The translations under genes were made by a program, and so were the position numbers. Below are positions 20,146 through 29,710 of a stretch of 64,000 nt of DNA, in pieces; the stretch's first letter is position 1; each line of letters begins with the position of its first letter. Location: contig CAVSDR010000003.1 of assembly GCA_963726745.1 (NCBI GenBank), positions 256,001-320,000 of the forward strand, given 5' to 3'. The notes under the pieces were generated by a model. The model searched no databases and was not told the DNA's origin. It saw nothing but the letters and a program-made list of their open reading frames with translations. Origin of the DNA: an uncultured Verrucomicrobiae bacterium (GTDB lineage Bacteria; Verrucomicrobiota; Verrucomicrobiia; Chthoniobacterales; UBA10450).

Positions 20146-21141
20146 ATGAATAAGCATCGTCATTGCTTGTGGTTGTCCTTGATTCTCGGAGCGCTGCTTC
20201 CCTTGCCCGCGCACGCCGGCCAGGTGCACGCACTCGACCCGGCCAAGGTCGTAGGCGCACAGAAATGTGGCGAATGCCACAAGTATGAGGCCGAAGCCTG
20301 GAAGACGACGCCGCATTTTAAGACCTTCGACGAGATGCACCGCAGCCCGGCGGGGCAAAAAATCGCCACCGCCCTCGGCATCCGCCGGATCAAATCCGAA
20401 AGCCTTTGCCTCACGTGTCATTACACCATGCAGCAAAAAGGCGGCGAAGCGGAGCCGATCTCCGGCGTCTCCTGCGAGTCCTGCCACGGCGCGGCGCAGG
20501 ATTGGTTGAACGTGCACAACGACAAGAAGCTCTCGCGCGAAGAGCGGCGCACGAAATCCGCCGCCGCCGGCATGATCCGGCCAGACGACATCTATGCTGT
20601 CGCGGCCAACTGCTACCAGTGCCACCTCGTGCCTAACGAGAAGTTGGTCAACGTGGGCGGGCATCCCGCCGGGAGCAAGGATTTCGAGCTCGTCGCCTGG
20701 TCGCAGGGAATGGTGCGGCACAACTTCCTCACGCCCGAGGGCGAAGAGGGCAAAGTGAACAAGGAAGACGACCTGAAGCGCCGCCGCCTGCTCTTCGCTG
20801 CCGGCACCATCCTTGACCTGGAATACAGCCTGCGCGGCGTGGCCAGCGCGACGGAAAAAGCGACCTACGGCATCACCATGGCACAACGCGCCGCAGCTTT
20901 GCGCAAGAAGCTCGAGGAAATCCAAAAGGTCGCGCCCACCGACGAAATGGCCGCGATCATCGCCGCAGCAAATGCCGCCGCCTTGAAGTTAAACAACCAG
21001 GCGCCGCTCGAGGAAACCGCCAACAAAGTGGCGGAACTGGGGAAGAAATTCACGACGTCGGTCGATGGCGACAAGCTGGCCGGGCTCGATCCGATGCTGC
21101 CGAAAGCCGAGCAATATCGCGGCAAGCCCTATCAGCCCTAG
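20146..21141 (+). CDS. Periplasmic tetraheme cytochrome c554-family protein
   Basis: CGECH, CLTCH, CESCH, CYQCH; signal peptide. Confidence 0.9.
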   Translation: MNKHRHCLWLSLILGALLPLPAHAGQVHALDPAKVVGAQKCGECHKYEAEAWKTTPHFKTFDEMHRSPAGQKIATALGIRRIKSESLCLTCHYTMQQKGGEAEPISGVSCESCHGAAQDWLNVHNDKKLSREERRTKSAAAGMIRPDDIYAVAANCYQCHLVPNEKLVNVGGHPAGSKDFELVAWSQGMVRHNFLTPEGEEGKVNKEDDLKRRRLLFAAGTILDLEYSLRGVASATEKATYGITMAQRAAALRKKLEEIQKVAPTDEMAAIIAAANAAALKLNNQAPLEETANKVAELGKKFTTSVDGDKLAGLDPMLPKAEQYRGKPYQP

Positions 21142-21195
21142 ACCGCGTCGCGCATGATTGCCGGAATGCGCCGCCCGCCGATCTAGCCCTCGGCC

Positions 21196-22920
21196 ATGGC
21201 TGAACTGACCTCTCGCATGTCCCGGCCGCAGCGCTGGGATGTGCCCTTCGGCGCGCAGATGTCGGAGGCCGAGGTGGATCGGCTCTTGAGCGTCGCGCCC
21301 TTCGCCCAAGTCGATCCCACGCGCTTCCCCGAGAGCATTCCGTTACGCGGCATTCTCCTGAACGACGCGCGCGTCTGCCGCTTCCAGCGCGGCGAAATCG
21401 TGGTGCGCGAAGGCGATTACGGCAGTTCCGCCTTCTTCATCCTCGAGGGCGCGGTGCGCGTGCTCCTCGACTCGCTCCCGGCGCAGATGCTCGGCCGGCG
21501 GAGCCCGGAGAAGAAAGGCTTTCTCCGCTCGTTGGCGCAGCTTTGGTCCCGGCCGGCTTATCCGGAGATGCGCGATTACCACGCCGGCCACCTCGCGGAA
21601 GGCGCTTTGCAGAAACAAGCCCGCGAAGGCGAGCCGGTGCCCATTTTCCTGCAGGATGTGCCGGGCGTGCTCGATTCCAGCCACACCGCGCGCCTCGGCG
21701 CGGGCGAACTCTTTGGTGAAATCGCGGCTATCTCGCGCACCCCGCGCACGGCCACGGTGATCGCCGAGGAGCCGGCCGAGTTGCTCGAGATTCGCTGGCA
21801 AGGCCTGCGCGAGATCCGCCGCTATGCCCCGGAGTGGAAACAGCAGATTGACCAGCGCTATCGCGAACGCAGTCTGCAGACGCACCTGGGCGAGACGCCT
21901 CTGCTGCGCGATTTGTCGGAGACGGATCTCGCGACCGTCGCCGCGCAGACACACTTCGAGAGCTACGGCGATTTCGAGTGGAACTCGTCCTATCGCACCG
22001 TGCGCGAGGGCACCCCGCAGGAACGGCTGGCGCGTGAGCCGGTGATCGCGCGCGAGGGCGATTACCCGAATGGGCTCATCCTGATCCGCAGCGGATTCGC
22101 TCGTCTCAGCCGGAGATACAATCACGGCGAGCGCACCATCAGTTACCTTGGGAAGGGCGATGTCTACGGGCTGGGCGCGCTCCTGCACAATGCCCGTTTC
22201 CAAGACACCATCGGGCTGCAGTTTTCCCTGCGCGCGGTCGGCTACGTGGACATCCTCGTTATTCCCGCGCCCATCGTGGAGCGCTTCATCGCGCCACGCT
22301 TCACCGATGCGGAAATCGCCGCGCTGCTCGCCGGAATTAGTCAGCAGACTGAGATCAGCGTCGCCCAGGATGCCGAAGCCCGGTTCGGCCCGGAGATGAT
22401 CGAGTTCCTGGTCGAGGAACGCTACATCAACGGCACCGCCACCATGCTCATCGACCTCGATCGCTGCACGCGCTGCGACGACTGCGTGCGCGCCTGCGCC
22501 GCGAGCCATGACAACAATCCGCGCTTCATCCGGCACGGGCGCACCCAGAACGGCATCATGGTGGCTCACGCCTGCATGCACTGCGTCGATCCCGTCTGCA
22601 TGATCGGCTGCCCCACCGGCGCGATCCACCGCGAGTCGCTTCAAGGCGAGGTGGTGATCAACGACCTGACCTGCATCGGCTGCGCCACCTGCGCGAACAG
22701 TTGCCCCTACGACAACATCCAGATGGTCCACGTGCGCGATGCCGCCGGCGTTTTCCTGGTGGATGAAGGGACGCGCACGCCCATCCTCAAGGCCACGAAG
22801 TGCGACCTGTGCGTCGATCAACTCGGCGGCCCCGCCTGCGTGCGCGCCTGCCCGCACGATGCCCTGGTGCGCGCGGACATGCAGCAGGTGGACCATCTCG
22901 CGAAGTGGTTGAACCGGTGA
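21196..22920 (+). CDS. Two cyclic-nucleotide-binding domains fused to a 4Fe-4S polyferredoxin (DmsB/NrfC-like)
   Basis: GELFGEIA..PRTATV; second cNMP domain IAREGD..YLGKGDVYG; CTRCDDCVRAC, CMHC..PVC..CP, CIGCATCANSCP, KCDLC..PACVRACP. Confidence 0.88.
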   Translation: MAELTSRMSRPQRWDVPFGAQMSEAEVDRLLSVAPFAQVDPTRFPESIPLRGILLNDARVCRFQRGEIVVREGDYGSSAFFILEGAVRVLLDSLPAQMLGRRSPEKKGFLRSLAQLWSRPAYPEMRDYHAGHLAEGALQKQAREGEPVPIFLQDVPGVLDSSHTARLGAGELFGEIAAISRTPRTATVIAEEPAELLEIRWQGLREIRRYAPEWKQQIDQRYRERSLQTHLGETPLLRDLSETDLATVAAQTHFESYGDFEWNSSYRTVREGTPQERLAREPVIAREGDYPNGLILIRSGFARLSRRYNHGERTISYLGKGDVYGLGALLHNARFQDTIGLQFSLRAVGYVDILVIPAPIVERFIAPRFTDAEIAALLAGISQQTEISVAQDAEARFGPEMIEFLVEERYINGTATMLIDLDRCTRCDDCVRACAASHDNNPRFIRHGRTQNGIMVAHACMHCVDPVCMIGCPTGAIHRESLQGEVVINDLTCIGCATCANSCPYDNIQMVHVRDAAGVFLVDEGTRTPILKATKCDLCVDQLGGPACVRACPHDALVRADMQQVDHLAKWLNR

Positions 22921-23738
22921 GCCCGCTCCTCCTTCGGCGCCTCGTAGCCAGCAGCTTGCTGGTTATTTTTTGCGTCGCCACCTGGCTGCTCTGGGAAATA
23001 GCCCGGGCCGCGCTCCGTCCCACGGCCATCTACACGGGCGTGCTTCTGCTTGCGCTCGTGCTTGCGCTCACGCTTTTCAACGCCCGCAAAAAGCTTCCCT
23101 TTCTGCCCCTGGCCCGGGCCGCCACCTGGCTCCAGGTGCACATCTATCTCGGCTGGTTCTGCCTCTTCCTTTTCTTTCTCCACCTCCACTTCCGCATTCC
23201 ACAGGGAGCGCTCGAGATCGTGCTCGCGCTCGTCTTCCTCGCGGTCATCTTCAGCGGCGTCTTTGGCCTCGTCCTTAGCCGCAAGCTTCCCGGGCGCATG
23301 GCGCGCTCGGGCGAACCGCTGCTCTACGAGCGCATCCCCGCGTTCCGCCGGCGAATCCAGGACGAGGTCGAGCAATTGGTCCGCTGCGCCGAGCGCGAGA
23401 CCGAGTCCTCCACCCTGGCCGACTTTTACGTGCAATACCTGCGCCGCTTCTTCGTGCGCGTGCCGCACGCCTGGCGCGCGCTCGCCCCGGCAACCCACGG
23501 TCTCCATCCGCTCCTGGCCGAGCTCGACGCGCTCGACCGCTACCTCAACGAGCGCGAAAAAGCCATCGCCCGGGAGCTGCGCGATTGGATCGAAACCAAG
23601 CAAAACCTCGACTTCCAATACGCCAGCCAGCGCCTGCTCAAGCTCTGGCTCTTCGTGCACATTCCGCTGACTTACAGCCTGATTCTCCTTGGGCTGGCAC
23701 ATGGCCTGATCGCGGCGCTCTACGCCTGGAGGTGGTAA
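22917..23738 (+). CDS. Polytopic membrane protein with conserved His (possible heme b / ferric-reductase-like)
   Basis: GTG overlapping upstream stop; WLQVHIYLG, FLHLH, WLFVHIPL..AH in TM helices. Confidence 0.7.
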   Translation: MSPLLLRRLVASSLLVIFCVATWLLWEIARAALRPTAIYTGVLLLALVLALTLFNARKKLPFLPLARAATWLQVHIYLGWFCLFLFFLHLHFRIPQGALEIVLALVFLAVIFSGVFGLVLSRKLPGRMARSGEPLLYERIPAFRRRIQDEVEQLVRCAERETESSTLADFYVQYLRRFFVRVPHAWRALAPATHGLHPLLAELDALDRYLNEREKAIARELRDWIETKQNLDFQYASQRLLKLWLFVHIPLTYSLILLGLAHGLIAALYAWRW

Positions 23739-23741
23739 AAG

Positions 23742-25991
23742 ATGCAGCGCCCCCTCGATCCTCTCGGCTTCCGGGAAAACCGTTACGAGCGTCCGAATCA
23801 GGATTGGGTTTGCGGCCGGACAGACGAGCAACACCCCTGTCCGCTCGGGCCCGATGCGCGAGGAAATTGCCGGGCCACCGGCGAATGTCTTCCCGCGAAA
23901 CGCGGCGATCGCTGGAGTTGCACCCGCAGCGAGGCCGCCGGTGGGAAGTGCACCGAGGGGCCGCTGCCGGATGGCGCCTGCGCGCACCCCATTCTCCCCT
24001 GCCAGCCCACGCGCTCGCTCCGCCGCTCGCGCGCCCTTGCCGTCTGGCTGGTGGTCGTGCTCACTGGCGGCTTGCTGCTGATTTTCCTGGGGGTCGCGAT
24101 GCGGCGGCCCGTGATCGATGCCGGCACGCTGACTAATGCGCACGCCACCTCTGCGAGCACCTGCCGCGATTGCCACAGCCTCGACCAGACGAATCTCGGC
24201 GCGGCGCTCCTCTCGGGCTCGTTAGGCCAGCGCGCCCTGCGGGACAGCGCCCTTTGCCTCAAGTGTCACGAAGAAGGCGCGCAGCCGCTCAACCCCCACG
24301 GACTCCCGCCCGCCGCCCTGGCCCACATCCGCGCGGAGCAAAGCCCGTCGGCTAAAACTTCCGCGCCGCTTGCCTTGCGCGTGAGCCGGCAGTTCGCGGC
24401 CCACGGCGGCGACGCGGGAGCACTCGCCTGCGCGCTCTGCCATCAGGAGCACCATGGGCGAAATTTCAATCTCGCGCAGATGAGCAATGCCCAATGCCAG
24501 ACCTGCCACGCGGTGCAGTTTGCCAGCTTCGGCCAGGGACATCCGGAATTTGCCGGCTATCCCGCCCAGCGGCGGACCCGCATCTTTTTCGATCACCAAA
24601 GTCACCTGCGAGAGCACTTCCCTGCGACCCGGAGCGGCGCGCCGCAAGGCTGCCAGGATTGTCACACGCCCGGACCTGCGGGCCGCTTCATGCAGGTGAA
24701 AAGCTTCGAGAAAACCTGTGCCAGTTGTCACGCCGCCCAGATCCGCGGCGAGGGCATGACCACGAAAGGCGTGGCCTTTTTTGCCGTGCCAGGAATTGAC
24801 GCCGAAACGCTCGCCGCTCGCGGCCACAGCGTAGGCGAATGGCCGAGGCTGGCCGATGCGCGGCTGACGCCCTTCATGGAATTGCTCCTGTCGCGGCAGC
24901 CGGCGGCACGCGCGGCCCTGGAGCAACTGCGCGGCGTGGACCTGCTCGATCTGCGCACGGCGACGCCGGAACAACTCGCGGCCGCGGAGAGTTATGCCTG
25001 GGAAGTAAAGCGCCTGCTCTTCCACCTGGTGACCGAGGGCCAAAGCTACCTGCTCGCACAGATGGCGCAGGAAGTCTCGCCGATCGGCCTGGAGCTGCCG
25101 CGCGCGACGATTCTCGCCGCGCAAAAGGAGTGGATGCCAAACCTGCTGACCGAGATGGCTGCGTATGAAAAAGGCGTCAAACCCACGCTTGCGCCCACGC
25201 CTGCGCCGTCGCTCACGTCCACTCCGAGCCTGTCGGCTAAAACGGCGCCGCCGGCAGGAGACGGTGATCTGCTTGCGAGCGATGATCTAAGCGCAGCTGC
25301 GGCCACGCCGACGCCCGCACCGGCCGACGATGACCTCACAGGTGGCGACCTCTTGAGCGCATCGCCTGTGGCGGAAGCGACCCCGGCCCCATCGGCCACG
25401 CCTGCACCCGCGATCCCGGCGGAGGAATGGGTCGCCGCCGGCGGTTGGTATCGGCCGCAGGAAAGTTTTACCCTGTATTACCGGCCGGCCGGCCATGCCG
25501 ACCCGTTTCTCGTCGCCTGGCTCGAGGCCGCGCAGCGCTCCACGGTCGACCCGCACATTTTCGATCGCATGGCCGACCGCCAGGCGCCCGGACTCTGCCT
25601 CAAATGTCATACGATCGACCAAACCGCTCCCGGCCAGGTGCAAGTCAACTGGACCTCGGCCCAGCCGGACGGAAAGAGCCATCCCTTCACCACCTTCAGT
25701 CACACAAAACACTTCAGTCTCGTGGGCGACGCCGGCTGCCAGACCTGTCACAAGCTCGACCCGCAATCGACGTATCCGAAGTTCTTCGCAGAAGACGAGG
25801 CCGGCGCGCCGCGGCGCGATCCGCAGAAATTCCAAAGCAACTTCGCGCCCATGCCCAAGCTATTGTGCGCGGAGTGCCATCAGCCGCGCGTCGCAGGCGA
25901 CAACTGCACGCTCTGCCATCGCTACCATGCCGCTCCGGACCGGGCGGGCGAACTCGCCGAAATCGGCCGGTTTCGGCCCGCGCAAAAATAG
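23742..25991 (+). CDS. Membrane-anchored decaheme cytochrome c with Cys-rich N-terminus
   Basis: 10 CxxCH (CRDCH, CLKCH, CALCH, CQTCH, CQDCH, CASCH, CLKCH, CQTCH, CAECH, CTLCH); FDH..H and FSH..H c3-like motifs; one TM helix. Confidence 0.9.
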   Translation: MQRPLDPLGFRENRYERPNQDWVCGRTDEQHPCPLGPDARGNCRATGECLPAKRGDRWSCTRSEAAGGKCTEGPLPDGACAHPILPCQPTRSLRRSRALAVWLVVVLTGGLLLIFLGVAMRRPVIDAGTLTNAHATSASTCRDCHSLDQTNLGAALLSGSLGQRALRDSALCLKCHEEGAQPLNPHGLPPAALAHIRAEQSPSAKTSAPLALRVSRQFAAHGGDAGALACALCHQEHHGRNFNLAQMSNAQCQTCHAVQFASFGQGHPEFAGYPAQRRTRIFFDHQSHLREHFPATRSGAPQGCQDCHTPGPAGRFMQVKSFEKTCASCHAAQIRGEGMTTKGVAFFAVPGIDAETLAARGHSVGEWPRLADARLTPFMELLLSRQPAARAALEQLRGVDLLDLRTATPEQLAAAESYAWEVKRLLFHLVTEGQSYLLAQMAQEVSPIGLELPRATILAAQKEWMPNLLTEMAAYEKGVKPTLAPTPAPSLTSTPSLSAKTAPPAGDGDLLASDDLSAAAATPTPAPADDDLTGGDLLSASPVAEATPAPSATPAPAIPAEEWVAAGGWYRPQESFTLYYRPAGHADPFLVAWLEAAQRSTVDPHIFDRMADRQAPGLCLKCHTIDQTAPGQVQVNWTSAQPDGKSHPFTTFSHTKHFSLVGDAGCQTCHKLDPQSTYPKFFAEDEAGAPRRDPQKFQSNFAPMPKLLCAECHQPRVAGDNCTLCHRYHAAPDRAGELAEIGRFRPAQK

Positions 25992-25997
25992 CCGGCC

Positions 25998-27056
25998 TTA
26001 TTTCGCCGAGGCCGGTGCGATCCGAAAAACCTGATAAGGCGTGGTGCGCATGCTTTGGCCATTATTGAACCGCGGCATGTGCTCGATCTGCGACGCGGTC
26101 ACGTAGAGAGAGCCGTCCGGTCCCCATGCGAGCGAGTCCGGCCAGTTCAGGCGTTCGTCCTGCACCACCCGCTCGATCTCGCCGCTCGCTGGACGAAAGC
26201 GCGAGATCCCATTTCCTTCGAGATCGGTCAGGTAGATCGCGCCGTCGGGACCTTCAAGCATGCCGTCGGGCGGCGCGGTTTGCCCGAGCTTCTCCACCTT
26301 GGCCGCGAGTGCTTCGGGCGAAAGTTTGTCATCGATCAAGGCCGCCGTCGGAATGCGATAAAGCGTGCGTCCGGTGAGCGCGTGGTAATAGAGGAAGCCA
26401 CCAGCCGCATCGAGCGCGATGCCATCAGAGTGGATCAGCGGCGTCTTGCCTTCAGGCGTAAGCACCTTCCGGCCTTGCACGGTGAGAGTGACGTCTGTTT
26501 CCGCCTGGGTGGACGGATGGCCCGCGAGCACACGGCGCGCGTTCCCGGTTTTCAAATCCACCACCACGAGCGCGCCCAGACCGGAATCGGTCAGAAACGC
26601 GACGTTCGCTTTCGTGTCCACACGCACATCGTTCAAATAGCTCTTCGCCGGCGCGACCTCACCCAGCGGAATGATGCGGATCGACTTGTTCGTCTGCAGA
26701 TCGATCTCGACCAGCTTCGGGCCATCGGCGACTACGCCGGCCATTTTCGGCGAGGCCGGATCGAGCACCCAGAGCCGATCGAGCGCATCCACGTAGACGC
26801 TTTGCACGCAGACGAAGTGGGTCGAGGCCGGGCCCTCGGCATTCCAGGTCTCGTTAGGGAAGGGCCGCGGCTGGCCGTCCACGATCTCCGCGACCGAGAT
26901 CGTGTGCGTGTCGGACCATTGCGGGAAGTTCACAAAAATGCGGCCGCTCTGCGAAACGGCCACGCCGGTCACCTGCAGCTCCGGGAAGCTCGCGACTTCG
27001 CGCAGATCCCCGGCGGAAAAGGTGGCCGCGACCGCCAGGAGAATTGGGAAGCTCAT
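25998..27056 (-). CDS. Major royal jelly / L-dopachrome tautomerase-related beta-propeller
   Basis: TGVAVS..GRIFVNFPQW, VQSVYVD..LWVLD, YLNDVRVD, SDGIAL, WPDSL. Confidence 0.85.
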   Translation of the reverse strand: MSFPILLAVAATFSAGDLREVASFPELQVTGVAVSQSGRIFVNFPQWSDTHTISVAEIVDGQPRPFPNETWNAEGPASTHFVCVQSVYVDALDRLWVLDPASPKMAGVVADGPKLVEIDLQTNKSIRIIPLGEVAPAKSYLNDVRVDTKANVAFLTDSGLGALVVVDLKTGNARRVLAGHPSTQAETDVTLTVQGRKVLTPEGKTPLIHSDGIALDAAGGFLYYHALTGRTLYRIPTAALIDDKLSPEALAAKVEKLGQTAPPDGMLEGPDGAIYLTDLEGNGISRFRPASGEIERVVQDERLNWPDSLAWGPDGSLYVTASQIEHMPRFNNGQSMRTTPYQVFRIAPASAK

Positions 27057-27113
27057 GCTCATACAAGAGAGCATACGAACGCCGCCCAGTCTCCGGCTTC
27101 GCGAACTCGCCGG

Positions 27114-28565
27114 CTAATCACGCCGCGGCTTAAGCAACGGGAAGAGGATCACGTCGCGGATCGATTCCGCCCCGGTGAGCAACATCGTCAACCGATCGAC
27201 TCCGAGCCCAAAGCCGCCCGCCGGCGGCATCCCGTGCTCCAGCGCGAGCAGGAAATCCTCGTCCAGCTTCTGCGTTTCCTCGCCGGCCTGCTCGAGCAGC
27301 CGCTGCCGTTGCACCACCGGATCATTCAGCTCGGTGTAGCCAGGCGATATTTCCTGGCCGTTGATGATCAGCTCGTAGACATCGACTAACGAGTCGTCCT
27401 CCAGGTTTTGCTTGGCCAGCGGCACGAGTTCCTTCGGGCAATGGGTGACGAAAAGCGGGTCGAAAGTTTTCTCCTCGACCAGCTTCTCGAAGATCTGCTG
27501 CGTGACTTCGTAATCGGCCATGCGCGAATTGATCTCGACGCCTAATTCGCCGCAGCGCTGCCGGCGTTCTTCGCTGGTGTAGTCGAACCACTTCGGATCG
27601 ACTTCGCGAATGAGATCGCGATAGCGCGCGCGCCGCCACGGACGCTGGAGATTCAAGGTCCGCGTGACTTCACCCTCGGCGTTGCGGTGCTCGATCTGGG
27701 TCGAGCCGATGACCGTCTCCGCGAGATGACAAACGAGGCTCTCGACCAGGTCGGCGATCTGCTCGAAATCGGCGTAGGCCCAGTAAGCCTCGAGCATGGT
27801 GAACTCGGGATTGTGCCGGCGAGAGATGCCTTCATTGCGGAAGTTGCGGTTGAGTTCGAAGACTCGGGTGAAGCCGCCCACGAGCAGGCGCTTGAGGTAA
27901 AGCTCCGGCGCGATGCGCATGAAAAGATCCATCCCGAGCGCGTTGTGATGCGTGCGGAAAGGTTCCGCCGCGGCGCCGCCGGCCACTGCCTGCAGCATCG
28001 GCGTTTCCACTTCCAGGAAGCCGCGCTCCTCGAGAAAGCGGCGCATCCCGCGCACGATCGCGATCCGCTGCTCAAAGACTTTTTTCGATTGCTCGTTCGT
28101 GATCAGATCAAGGTAGCGCTGGCGGTAGCGCGCCTCCACGTCCTGCAAGCCATGCCATTTTTCCGGGAGCGGCCGGAGCGATTTAGCCAGCACTTTCAGC
28201 TGCGTGACCTTGAGCGTCGGTTCGCCGGTCTTGGTCGTGAAACACGTGCCTACCACGCCGAGGAAATCGCCCAGGTCGAGCAGGCCGAAGGTTTCCATCG
28301 TCTCTGCGCCCAGCTCTTTCGTCTGCAGGTAAATTTGCATCCGCCCGGTGCTGTCGCGCAGGTCGAGGAAGTGGCTCTTGCCCATGTCGCGATGGGCCGT
28401 GATCCGGCCGGCGATACGAAAGGTGGAGCCCTCGGCGAAACGCTCCCGCACTTCGCCGATCGTGCCGTCAGTCGCGAAAGCGCTGCCAAAAGGCGCGACG
28501 CCGCGCGCCTGCAAATCCGCCATTTTCTTCCGCCGGAGCGCGATCAGTTCGTTCTCTTCGTCCAT
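27114..28565 (-). CDS. lysS: Lysyl-tRNA synthetase (class II)
   Basis: [55 protein letters not shown]. Confidence 0.97.
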   Translation of the reverse strand: MDEENELIALRRKKMADLQARGVAPFGSAFATDGTIGEVRERFAEGSTFRIAGRITAHRDMGKSHFLDLRDSTGRMQIYLQTKELGAETMETFGLLDLGDFLGVVGTCFTTKTGEPTLKVTQLKVLAKSLRPLPEKWHGLQDVEARYRQRYLDLITNEQSKKVFEQRIAIVRGMRRFLEERGFLEVETPMLQAVAGGAAAEPFRTHHNALGMDLFMRIAPELYLKRLLVGGFTRVFELNRNFRNEGISRRHNPEFTMLEAYWAYADFEQIADLVESLVCHLAETVIGSTQIEHRNAEGEVTRTLNLQRPWRRARYRDLIREVDPKWFDYTSEERRQRCGELGVEINSRMADYEVTQQIFEKLVEEKTFDPLFVTHCPKELVPLAKQNLEDDSLVDVYELIINGQEISPGYTELNDPVVQRQRLLEQAGEETQKLDEDFLLALEHGMPPAGGFGLGVDRLTMLLTGAESIRDVILFPLLKPRRD

Positions 28566-28676
28566 CGCTCGCGACTGTAGATTGAAACCCGTGAGGGGCG
28601 AGTGGTTTTGCCGCGCCCGCGGATTCGTTAGGCAACTTCGCACAGCCGTCGCTTCGCGGAGGGACGATTTGTTTTG

Positions 28677-28985
28677 ATGAAACCAAGCACCCTACTCAAG
28701 CAAATCGCCCTCGGCCTGGCGGTCTCGACCGCCGCGGTGGCTTTGACCTCCTGCGATTCGAAACAGGAGAACGCCCGCGAGGACAAAGCCGAAGCCGTGC
28801 GTGAAACCGGCGAGAAAAAAGCCGACGCGATCGAGTCGAAGAAGTCGCTCTCGAACGATCACTCCACAAACGCCACCCTCGAAAAGAAGGCCGATGCCAC
28901 GCGCAATGCCGCTGACGCCCAGGCCGACAAGATCGAGCACAACGCCGACGCCCTGCACCAGGCCAGCCCGGCGCCGACGCCTTAG
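28677..28985 (+). CDS. Small lipoprotein
   Basis: LTSC lipobox; KAD-type helical repeats. Confidence 0.7.
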   Translation: MKPSTLLKQIALGLAVSTAAVALTSCDSKQENAREDKAEAVRETGEKKADAIESKKSLSNDHSTNATLEKKADATRNAADAQADKIEHNADALHQASPAPTP

Positions 28986-29173
28986 GCTCCCCGCCGCACC
29001 GGCCGGCGTCCGCGATCTCCCGAGGTCGCGGACGTCGTCTCCGGAGCGCGTTTCCTCACGCGGCCGCCCCCTGTCCGCGGGCGAGATTCCGTTTGCATTG
29101 CCGAAGCCGCGAATGACATAGTGCGCCCCCATCCCGCGACGCCGAGGCCGGCTTCCGCGGACGGGATTTTCTC

Positions 29174-29644
29174 ATGGCTCTCGATCTCCCGGAAACGACT
29201 TCGAAAATGGGTAGCCCGCTGGTGCGGCAGTTCTCGGTTTTCCTGCCAAACAAGGTGGGCGCGATGCTTGAGGTGGTGCGACTACTTAACCAGCACCATG
29301 TCGACGTGGTCGCGCTGAGCATCGCCGAGTCGACTGATTCTTCGATCGCGCGGATCATCGTGAGCGACCCCGACCTGGTGGAGCGGCTCTTCGGCGAACA
29401 CAACGTGCCGCACGGCCATTGCGACATGATGGTGGTGGAGTTGAACGAGGTCGCCGGCCAGCTGGCCAAGCTCTTGAGCGTGCTTCTGATGGCGGAAGTA
29501 AACATCCACTTCACCTACCCGCTGCTCATTCGGCCCCGCGGCTTCTCCGCCCTCGCGCTGCACGTGGACGACAATGAATGCGCCGCCTCCGTCCTGAAGG
29601 GCGAGGGTTTCAAAATGCTGAGCCAGGCAGACATCTCGCGCTAG
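29174..29644 (+). CDS. Tandem ACT-domain protein
   Basis: QFSVFLPNKVG.., second ACT domain EVNIHFTYP. Confidence 0.85.
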   Translation: MALDLPETTSKMGSPLVRQFSVFLPNKVGAMLEVVRLLNQHHVDVVALSIAESTDSSIARIIVSDPDLVERLFGEHNVPHGHCDMMVVELNEVAGQLAKLLSVLLMAEVNIHFTYPLLIRPRGFSALALHVDDNECAASVLKGEGFKMLSQADISR

Positions 29645-29710
29645 GCGGGAGGCCGCCGCGCGGGCGAGGTTTGACAGCTTTGCGCGCCCTCGTTTACAGG
29701 AAAGGACCCC

